This document shows positions 16,984-28,277 of a stretch of 30,974 nt of DNA, piece by piece. Location: contig JBBQXJ010000058.1 in assembly GCA_038209745.1 (NCBI GenBank), positions 1 through 30,974 on the forward strand, in the 5' to 3' direction. The translations under genes and the position numbers were made by a program. The stretch's first letter is position 1, and every line of letters starts with the position of its first letter. The notes beneath the pieces are model-generated. The model saw only the letters and a program-made list of their open reading frames with translations, did no database searches and had not been told where the DNA came from. This DNA comes from Verrucomicrobiota bacterium (GTDB lineage: Bacteria > Verrucomicrobiota > Verrucomicrobiia > Limisphaerales > CANJSG01).

Positions 16984-19158
16984 TCAGGGCGTGGTTTTCA
17001 ACGGCACGGCGAGGCGCCAGAGAGTTTGGCGTTGGAGCAGGGCGGCCTCGAAACGTGGAACCAGCGGTCCAGGGACGGGCTTGGAATCCAGAGCGATGAG
17101 GACGGCGTAGCCGCGATGGAGCAGAGGCGAGAGGTTGAGACCTTCGACGGGGGAGAACTGCGGGTTTTGCGGCATGTTCGAGTTCAGTTCCTCCACGAAG
17201 GAAACCGAGAGGAGAATCGATTCCGGAGATTCAGCGGCGTTGCCGTAGTCGCGGTTGAAGGAGGCGCGCCGGGACTGCATGGCCTGCTGGATGGAGCCGG
17301 CGTGGCCCCGGACCTCGCCCGAGAGGGAGCTGCCGTTGCGCTGGAGGGTGCCCGTGGCGCTGCTGCCAGCGGTGATCTCGCGGACGTCGAGGAAGCTATC
17401 GCCAATGGCGAGGCGGACGGGGCCGATGGTGTGGTCGCCCTGGTTGCGGATGGTGTAGGTCCAGCCGGTCGGCACAGGCGCCACGGTGAGGTCCAGCGGC
17501 GGGGTGCCGGTATCGACCCAGTCCATGACGAACATCTGGCTGACCCAGACGGGGACGGAGACTTCGCCCTTGAACTGGTTGCCGTTGATCTGCACCTCCG
17601 AGGAGCCTTCGACTCCACCGCCGAAGAAGGAGGAGGATTCGTTGCGGAAGGCGGTGAACTTCCGTTCGCCGGCGACAGGGTATCGGTCGTTGGCGGGGGA
17701 GTAGATGGTGCCAAACGTTTTCCCGACGAAGACGGCCTGCTCACCGCGGGGCTGGATGTCGACGACGGTGATCTCGTTCCACTCGGTCTTGCCGGCGCGA
17801 AGGGAGTAGCCGGTGATGTAGATGACGGCGGAGAAGGCGGTGACGTAGGCCGGGAAGGTGATCCACGTGAGCATCGGGCGCTTGAGCCTGCGGATGAGGA
17901 AATAGTCGACCGGCCCGATGATGACGACGTAGGCGAGGAGGAGGAGGAGCAGCCAGCCAAGGGAGAGCTTGCGGATCTGCTTGGTCTCGATGACCGCGCC
18001 GATGGCGCCTTCGATGGGTTGGCGTCCGTAGCGTTGAAGCTCGGGACCGGCGTAGAGGCTGATGGGGGCTCCGACGAGACGGGTCCAGAACCAAGGACGG
18101 CCGGTGAAGGAGAAGAAGGGTTCCCGCTCCGGATCGAACAAGAGGGTGGTGACGCGGCCTTTGCCGCGATTTTGGGCGAGGATGAGGGGTGTGCCGCCGG
18201 AGGCCAGTTGAACCACGGCGGGATCGGCCCGGGAGACCACGACCGGAAGTGTCTTGGCGAGGAACTCGGGGTCTTCGGCCAGCTTGCGCTTCTCGCTGAA
18301 CGGAATGGCCTTGGCGGGGCCGCCGCCGCGCTCGTCCGCTTCGTTCCATTCGGTCTGGAGCGCGAGGCACCAGGTGTTGAGAGCCGGACCGACCGCGAGG
18401 GTTTGCACGGTCTCCAGCTGCGCCGGCACGAGGCTGGCCAGCCACGGGGTGGCGGTGACCTGGCCGATCTGGTCGATCCCGATGATGAGGTGGCCGCCGG
18501 ACTCGACCCAGGTCAGGAGTGCATCGACCTGGGGCGGGCGCAGGGCGAGGGCGCGCTCCGTGTTCAGGTAGAGCGCGCTCATGCCCTGTAGGGCGATCGG
18601 GTTGTCGGGGAAAAGCTCCGGCTGAAGGCGGACGGCGGTGGGCTTCAGGTCGGCGTTGCGATCACGCGGATCCACGAAGACCGGCATGGAGGCGGAGCTG
18701 CGCGGCATGGCGGCGAGCAGCGGCACGTCCGACTGGAGGACGCGGAAGGACTGGGTGACGTTCTCGGCCCGGACCTTGTTGCGGATGTCCCGCAAGACGA
18801 CCCGCCACTCCGGATTTCGGCTGCCGGCGTAGACGGGGATGACGACGCGTTTGCGGGTGTTCGTGGGGAGATCGATGGGGAGACGGATCTTCTGGTCCGC
18901 CCCTCGCTCGGGGGAAACCTCGATGACGCCGGCGAAGGCGGGGCCGTTGTTCTGCACTTCGCAGACGACGGGGAACCAAGCCCCTTCGCGGGCGTAGTCG
19001 GCGAATCCCGAGAAGACGTCGAACTGGAGCGTCTGCTGGGCACGGCCCAGCAGGGGAATCGCCACGGCGAGCAAAAAGGCTAGGCGCCGACAGAGCCGGA
19101 ACGCGGCGTTGGAACCCCATCCGGTGACGATTCGATCATGTGCTTCGCGGCCTCCCAT
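16984..19158 (-). CDS. Large membrane protein, likely ABC-transporter accessory, possibly with a class-I glutamine amidotransferase-like extracytoplasmic domain
   Basis: Signal-like N-terminus, REGAWFPVVCEVQNNGP, LLTWVESGGHLII, RGKGRV, central TM hairpin LLLAYVVIIGPVDYFLIRRLKRPMLTWITFP. Upstream of the ABC ATPase. Start uncertain. Confidence 0.75.
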   Translation of the reverse strand: MGGREAHDRIVTGWGSNAAFRLCRRLAFLLAVAIPLLGRAQQTLQFDVFSGFADYAREGAWFPVVCEVQNNGPAFAGVIEVSPERGADQKIRLPIDLPTNTRKRVVIPVYAGSRNPEWRVVLRDIRNKVRAENVTQSFRVLQSDVPLLAAMPRSSASMPVFVDPRDRNADLKPTAVRLQPELFPDNPIALQGMSALYLNTERALALRPPQVDALLTWVESGGHLIIGIDQIGQVTATPWLASLVPAQLETVQTLAVGPALNTWCLALQTEWNEADERGGGPAKAIPFSEKRKLAEDPEFLAKTLPVVVSRADPAVVQLASGGTPLILAQNRGKGRVTTLLFDPEREPFFSFTGRPWFWTRLVGAPISLYAGPELQRYGRQPIEGAIGAVIETKQIRKLSLGWLLLLLLAYVVIIGPVDYFLIRRLKRPMLTWITFPAYVTAFSAVIYITGYSLRAGKTEWNEITVVDIQPRGEQAVFVGKTFGTIYSPANDRYPVAGERKFTAFRNESSSFFGGGVEGSSEVQINGNQFKGEVSVPVWVSQMFVMDWVDTGTPPLDLTVAPVPTGWTYTIRNQGDHTIGPVRLAIGDSFLDVREITAGSSATGTLQRNGSSLSGEVRGHAGSIQQAMQSRRASFNRDYGNAAESPESILLSVSFVEELNSNMPQNPQFSPVEGLNLSPLLHRGYAVLIALDSKPVPGPLVPRFEAALLQRQTLWRLAVPLKTTP

Positions 19159-19305
19159 AAATGGTTTCCGTTTTTATGCCCGACCGCCCGGACGTGTCCA
19201 ACAGAATGCGGCCGGGATCGCAGGCGCTGTGTTCCGGTCGTGGGAAGATTGAAATCCGCACCGGACGATCGACTGAACCGAATCCATGCAGAAGGAACGA
19301 AGGGG

Positions 19306-19330
19306 GTGGGCAGCCGCCCCGGCTGCCCAC
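19306..19330. repeat. Perfect GC hairpin (REP-like or terminator)
   Basis: GTGGGCAGCCG ccc CGGCTGCCCAC, 11-bp perfect IR about 100 nt downstream of the kinase gene. Confidence 0.5.
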
Positions 19331-19430
19331 GGGCGCGTCGAGACACACCCTCCGGTGAATGGGTTCGGTCGCCTCCAGTGGACCGCGAGGGCGCGCTCCT
19401 CATTCCAACTGCCTTGTTCGGGCTGAAAGG

Positions 19431-23513
<4,083 letters not shown>

Positions 23514-23587
23514 CGTGGCGACGGGGTCTCAGCAATGTTTCGTGAAGGGACATCGGACAAAACGCCTTTTGCCATGAGGCCAACCAC

Positions 23588-23622
23588 AAAAGAAAACCGG
23601 CTCCTTGGACCAAGGAGCCGGT
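23588..23622 (-). terminator. Intrinsic terminator of the nitroreductase-VOC-SDR operon
   Basis: Perfect IR ACCGGCTCCTTG gac CAAGGAGCCGGT, followed on the minus strand by TTTCTTTT. Confidence 0.8.
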
Positions 23623-23657
23623 GGCGGAATCGGGCCGTGTGGGAGACCTGTTTTGAC

Positions 23658-24416
23658 TTATTGGGCGAGAAATCCTCCGTCCACGGCGAGACTCAGGCCC
23701 GTGATGAAGCTGGCTTTGTCGCTGGCGAGCCAGAGGACGGTCTCGGCGACCTCCTCGGGCTGACCAAACCGGCCGACGGGATGGAGGCTCTTCATGTAGT
23801 GTGCGGCGTCCGACTCCGGACCGCCGGCGAAGCGGTTGAACATTTCCGTCTCGATCACGGCGGGTGCCACGGCGTTCACGCGGATGCCCTGCTTGGCGAG
23901 TTCCAGGGCGGCGGACTTGGTCAACCCTTCCACGGCGTGTTTGCTGGCGATGTAGATCGCCGCGCCGGCCATGCCGATGTGACCGGCGACGCTGGAGGTG
24001 TTCACGATCGCGCCGCCGCCGCTCTTCAGGAGCGCGGGGATCTCGTGCTTCATGGAGGAGAGAACGCCCCAGACATTGATGTCGAAGGTGTGGCGGTAGT
24101 CCGCCTCCGAGGAGTCGGTGATCGCGCCCGTGTGTTCGATGCCGGCGTTGTTGAACGCCACGTCGAGCCGGCCATAGGCCGACACGGTTCCGGCCACGAG
24201 CGCGGCGATCTCCGCCTCTTTCGAGACGTCGGCCTTGATGAACTTCGCTTCACCGCCGGCGGCGTGGATCAGGCGGACGGTTTCAGCCCCTTCGGTCTCG
24301 CGGCGACCCGAGACGACGACCTTGGCGCCTTCTCGGGCGAAGGCGATGGCCGTGGCGCGGCCGATGCCGGAGGTGCCTCCGGTGACGAGAACGACTTTGT
24401 CTTGGAACAATTTCAT
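23658..24416 (-). CDS. Classical short-chain dehydrogenase/reductase (glucose 1-dehydrogenase-like)
   Basis: TGGTSGIG, NNAG, NTSS, YIASK (YxxxK), IRVNAVAP, VDGG. Confidence 0.95.
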   Translation of the reverse strand: MKLFQDKVVLVTGGTSGIGRATAIAFAREGAKVVVSGRRETEGAETVRLIHAAGGEAKFIKADVSKEAEIAALVAGTVSAYGRLDVAFNNAGIEHTGAITDSSEADYRHTFDINVWGVLSSMKHEIPALLKSGGGAIVNTSSVAGHIGMAGAAIYIASKHAVEGLTKSAALELAKQGIRVNAVAPAVIETEMFNRFAGGPESDAAHYMKSLHPVGRFGQPEEVAETVLWLASDKASFITGLSLAVDGGFLAQ

Positions 24417-24422
24417 GAGGAT

Positions 24423-24935
24423 TCAGTGGGTTGAGGTTTGAGATTTTTCCGGAAGCGATTGGAGCAACGCGTCGAGGTCAAGGGGAAGGGTGGACATGGC
24501 CAATCCGCCGTCGGCGGTGCGGGGCCATTCCACGGGCGGACGATCCCAGCAGAGCTCCAATCCGTTCCCATCCGGATCGTGGAGGTAAAGCGCCTGACTG
24601 ACGCCGTGGTCGCTCGCGCCATCGAGCTCGATGCCCGCTTCGATCAATCGAAGCAGCGCAACGGCCAGTTCGGCGCGGGTGGGATAGAGGATCGCCACGT
24701 GGTAGAGGCCGGTGGAGCCCCTCGGCGGCGGCGCACCTCCCGCGCTTTCCCAGGTGTTCAGCCCGATATGGTGATGGTATCCGCCCGCCGAGACGAAGGC
24801 GGCGCTCTTGCCGTAGAGTTGGGTGACTTCGAACCCGAGCACCCCGCAGTAGAACCCGAGCGACCGCTCCAGGTCGGCGACCTTGAGATGCACGTGGCCG
24901 ATGCGGACGGCCGGATCAAGCGGAGGGCTCTTCAC
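24423..24935 (-). CDS. VOC/glyoxalase family protein (single-domain, catechol 2,3-dioxygenase CatE-like)
   Basis: IGHVHLKVADLERSLGFY, AGGYHHHIGLNTW, GLYHVAILYP, DHGVSQALYLHDPDGNGLEL. GTG start. Confidence 0.92.
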   Translation of the reverse strand: MKSPPLDPAVRIGHVHLKVADLERSLGFYCGVLGFEVTQLYGKSAAFVSAGGYHHHIGLNTWESAGGAPPPRGSTGLYHVAILYPTRAELAVALLRLIEAGIELDGASDHGVSQALYLHDPDGNGLELCWDRPPVEWPRTADGGLAMSTLPLDLDALLQSLPEKSQTSTH

Positions 24936-24974
24936 GGGTGGCGAGGTAAGCTGGCGGGTGCTGTCGGGGAAGGG

Positions 24975-25628
24975 TCAGACCGTTTCGATGAGCTGTTCGG
25001 CCGGGAAGCGGACTTTCGGCGCCGAAGCGTATTTGTCCACCGCCGATCGGTATCCGAGCGCGGCCACGACGACCGCCGAGTAGCCGGAGCCTTCTAGTCC
25101 GAGAACCTGGTCGTAGGCGGCCGGATCGAAGCCCTCCATCGGCGTCGCGTCGATCCCGAGAAGGGCGGCGGAGGTGAGCAGTTCGCCGAGGGCGATGTAG
25201 GCCTGCCTCGCGGCCCAATGCGGAAGAATCTTGCTGCGAGGTCCTTTGACCAGATCGCCGATCATCGAGTCGCGATAAACGGCCAAGCTGTCGGCCGGCA
25301 CGCCGCGAACCTCGCTCGTCAGGCGGATGAACTCGTTCACATGTTCTTCGGTCAAGAGGGTGCGCGCGGCGAAGACGACGAGGTGCGAGGCGTCGGTGAT
25401 CTGGGGTTGGTTCCAGGAATGCGGTCGAAGCTCGGTGCGCTTGGCCGCGTTCTTCACGACGAGGAACTTGTAGGGCTGGAGTCCGTAGCTGGACGGGGTC
25501 AGAAGAAGCGATTGCTCCAAGGTCGACCAAAGATCGGCGGTGATCTTCTTCGTGGTGTCGTAGGCCTTGGTCGCATAACGCCAGTTCAGGGCTTCGATGA
25601 GACTTTGTTGTGAGAGAGCGGCAGGCAT
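24975..25628 (-). CDS. NAD(P)H-dependent nitroreductase/quinone reductase (NfsB-like)
   Basis: LNWRYATKAYD, LTPSSYGLQPY, NQPQITDAS, RQAYIALG, DATPMEGFD, LGYR, KVR. ATG 25628. Confidence 0.93.
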   Translation of the reverse strand: MPAALSQQSLIEALNWRYATKAYDTTKKITADLWSTLEQSLLLTPSSYGLQPYKFLVVKNAAKRTELRPHSWNQPQITDASHLVVFAARTLLTEEHVNEFIRLTSEVRGVPADSLAVYRDSMIGDLVKGPRSKILPHWAARQAYIALGELLTSAALLGIDATPMEGFDPAAYDQVLGLEGSGYSAVVVAALGYRSAVDKYASAPKVRFPAEQLIETV

Positions 25629-25688
25629 GGTTTTGAAAGTTCGTTGTTTCGTGATGAACCGGCGAACCGGTCCTTGGGGTCTTCCAAC

Positions 25689-25703
25689 GCTGGAGACGTG
25701 CCA
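25689..25703 (-). promoter_or_regulatory. Sigma54 promoter of the nitroreductase-VOC-SDR operon
   Basis: Minus strand TGGCACGTCTCCAGC: perfect -24 element TGGCACG with GG-N10-GC, about 60 nt upstream of the ATG, next to a bEBP gene. Confidence 0.75.
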
Positions 25704-25729
25704 TCGGGGTTTGTTTTGGTTCGCATGAG

Positions 25730-25742
25730 TCTCAAACAATTG
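25730..25742 (+). promoter_or_regulatory. IHF-like site
   Basis: TCTCAA-ACAA-TTG versus WATCAA-N4-TTR (one mismatch), in an AT-rich patch between the promoter and candidate enhancers. Confidence 0.4.
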
Positions 25743-25770
25743 AAGTCCAATTGATTGAATCGAATCTGCT

Positions 25771-25850
25771 CTTCGTGACTTCAACACATTGACGTCACGA
25801 AGGTTCGTTCATACCACGAATCGTGTCGTTCCTCTCCACGAAACCTCGTT
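25771..25850. promoter_or_regulatory. Candidate upstream activator sequences for the bEBP
   Basis: 14-bp IR CTTCGTGACTTCAA caca TTGACGTCACGAAG (13/14). CACGA-N4-TCGTT at 25796 and 25837, with a variant CACGA-N6-TCGTT at 25815. Confidence 0.55.
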
Positions 25851-25906
25851 GCGTAGAATCGGACTTGAGGCAGGGTCGGTGTGTGGAAACCGAAGATCCG
25901 ATCACG

Positions 25907-27388
25907 ATGGATTCGTTGAACGCGAACGGCCTCTTCGCCCTGTCCGAGGTGGAGATGCTGCGTCTGAACCAGACCGCCTTGACCGGGCTGTTGCGGCGTC
26001 GGGACGAGTTTTTCCGCAGCGTTCTCGACAGCCTGCCAATCGGCCTCCTGATCACCAACGAACAGAGCCGGATCATCTTCGTCAACGAGCCGCTGCAGAA
26101 GATTACCGGTTATTCCCGGGACGAGTTGGTGGGGCAGATCAGCTACAAGCTCCTGCTGCCGCCGGAGGAATGGCCGGTGATGGAGCAGCGGCTACAGGAA
26201 CGGCTCGAAGGCAACTGCGACGGTTACGAGCACGAGATCCGGCACAAGGACGGCAATGCGCATTGGGTCCACGTCAAAGCCGCGCCCTACTACAACGCGC
26301 AGGGCGACATCGCCGGCACCATCGGCGCGCTGAGCTGCTTGGAGCGGCAGAAGACGCTGGAGCGCGAGAACGAGTATCTCCGCGACGAAGTCGGCCAGCC
26401 CGACATCTGCAACATCGTCGGCCGCAGCTTGCCATTGGCCAAGGTGCTGGAGCAGATCCGCATGGTGGCTCCCACCGACGCCACCGTTCTGATTCTGGGC
26501 GAGTCCGGCACCGGCAAGGAACTCGTCGCCCAAGCGATCCATCAACAGAGCAAACGCCGCGACAAAACGCTCGTCCGGGTCAACTGCGCGAGCATTCCGA
26601 AGGAGCTCTTCGAGTCCGAGTTCTTCGGCCATGTGAAGGGCGCGTTCACCGGCGCGATCAAGGACCGCATCGGCCGCTTCGAACTGGCCGACGGCGGCAC
26701 GCTCTTCCTCGATGAACTCGGCGAGATCCCGCCCGATCTCCAGAGCAAGCTTCTGCGCGTGCTCCAGGAAGGCCAGTTCGAGAAGCTCGGCGAAGACCGG
26801 ACCCGCAGCGTGAACGTCCGCGTGGTGGCCGCGACCAATCGCGACCTTCGCGCCGAGGTCAAGGCCGGCCGTTTCCGGCAGGATCTCTACTATCGCCTGA
26901 GCGTTTTCCCCGTGGAATTGCCACCCCTCCGCGAACGGCGCGAGGACGTCCGCCAACTGGCCGAACATTTCCTCAAGGATTCGTCCAAGCGGATGGGCCT
27001 GCCCAAGCCGCGATTGACCCGGGAGAATCTCCACGATCTCGAGATCTACGATTGGCCGGGCAACGTGCGTGAACTCCAGAACGTGATCGAACGCGCCGTG
27101 ATCCTGGCGCGCAGCGGCGACCTGCGCTTCCACCTCGACGCGGTCGAGCCCAAGGCCTTTTCTGTTTCAGCACGGGCGCCGCTTGCCGCGACGGACTCCA
27201 CGGCAACCAATGGCGCCAGCCTCGATCTCACCGCTCTGAAGCAGCGGGAAGTCGACATGATGGCCGAGGCGCTGCGGCGCGCGAACGGCCGCATCTATGG
27301 ACAAGGCGGCGCCGCCGAACTGCTTGGCCTGAGACCGACCACGCTGGCGTCGCGGATGAAGAAGTTCGGATTGCATGGAAAAGGCTAA
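25907..27388 (+). CDS. PAS-domain sigma54-dependent transcriptional activator (FhlA-like bEBP, PAS-AAA+-Fis HTH)
   Basis: PAS/PAC ([22 protein letters not shown]), [67 protein letters not shown]. Start uncertain (ATG 25907 preferred). Confidence 0.95.
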   Translation: MDSLNANGLFALSEVEMLRLNQTALTGLLRRRDEFFRSVLDSLPIGLLITNEQSRIIFVNEPLQKITGYSRDELVGQISYKLLLPPEEWPVMEQRLQERLEGNCDGYEHEIRHKDGNAHWVHVKAAPYYNAQGDIAGTIGALSCLERQKTLERENEYLRDEVGQPDICNIVGRSLPLAKVLEQIRMVAPTDATVLILGESGTGKELVAQAIHQQSKRRDKTLVRVNCASIPKELFESEFFGHVKGAFTGAIKDRIGRFELADGGTLFLDELGEIPPDLQSKLLRVLQEGQFEKLGEDRTRSVNVRVVAATNRDLRAEVKAGRFRQDLYYRLSVFPVELPPLRERREDVRQLAEHFLKDSSKRMGLPKPRLTRENLHDLEIYDWPGNVRELQNVIERAVILARSGDLRFHLDAVEPKAFSVSARAPLAATDSTATNGASLDLTALKQREVDMMAEALRRANGRIYGQGGAAELLGLRPTTLASRMKKFGLHGKG

Positions 27389-27440
27389 AACTGCTGAAGA
27401 ATCGAGTTGGTGTCCCCGTTTTAGCTTGGCCACGATCAAG

Positions 27441-27617
27441 ATGATGAAAGCGCAAACTGTGGTCTCAGTTTCGATTGCGGCGGACTTGAGGACCGAAGCG
27501 CTTCAGCTTCGCCGTCTTGGGCAAAAGATCGCTGAATCCAAGAAGGAGTCTGTTCGGTTTCTCGCGGCGACCAAAATGCACGATGCCAGAGGACAGTCGA
27601 AACCTACTTTCAAGTAA
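27441..27617 (+). CDS. Small basic hypothetical protein (58 aa), antitoxin-like position
   Basis: MMKAQ...SKKESVRFLAATKMHDARGQSKPTFK. Its stop overlaps the next start (TAATG). Confidence 0.55.
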   Translation: MMKAQTVVSVSIAADLRTEALQLRRLGQKIAESKKESVRFLAATKMHDARGQSKPTFK

Positions 27618-28177
27618 TGGTTTCCCGTTCTTTGGTGCTCGGATTTCTCGGACGCGACAAGACCGTCGTGAGCGACATCATCTCGGGCAAAAACAGTTTC
27701 AACGGAAGCAAGAATTCGTGGGACTGGCTGGGGCACGGCAGCTATTTCTGGGAAAACAGTCCGCTGTGAGCTTGGCAGGGGGCCGAGGAGGAATCCAAGA
27801 AAGCCGATGGCAAAGTCAAAACATCCGCTGTCGTTGGTGCTGTTATGGATCTCGGAAACCGCCCGAACCTCGTCGATGCAGGATCGCTCAACCTAGTGAA
27901 GACGGCGTTTGAAACTTACCGCGACATTTGCCGGGCTTCAGAGCAGCACGAAGCAAAAAACAGGGGTCCAGATCTTCGTGTTCGGCACTTGGGTCATGCC
28001 GTCATGGAAACGCTCCATACCCTTGGAGAAAAGCAGAAATCTCCTCCATTTCAAACTGTCCGTGGATTCTTCGTAGAAGGCGAAGAACTTTATCCGGGCG
28101 CTGGTTTTCGGGAACTGGATCACACACAAATCTGCGTCCGATCATCGGCCCAGATTCTGGGTTATTTCCATCCGTAG
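27617..28177 (+). pseudogene. Disrupted ADP-ribosyltransferase-fold-like (DUF3990-related) protein
   Basis: A single frame from ATG 27617 to TAG 28177 with in-frame TGA at 27767. Motifs VLGF(L)G, WDWLGHGSYFWENSP, VVGAVMDLGN, EGEELYPGAGF, HTQICVR, GYF. The ORF track shows only the 3' part. Confidence 0.75.
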
Positions 28178-28230
28178 ACAATTTCAAGCAACTGGACACG
28201 CGCCGTCGGGGGGATGGTTGCGGTCGCAAT

Positions 28231-28262
28231 AAAGCCGCAGGCAGTAGTGCCTGCGGCTTTTT
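28231..28262. terminator. Bidirectional intrinsic terminator
   Basis: AAAGCCGCAGGCA gtag TGCCTGCGGCTTT-TT, perfect 13-bp IR between convergent genes. Confidence 0.85.
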
Positions 28263-28277
28263 GATGGACCGAATAAG

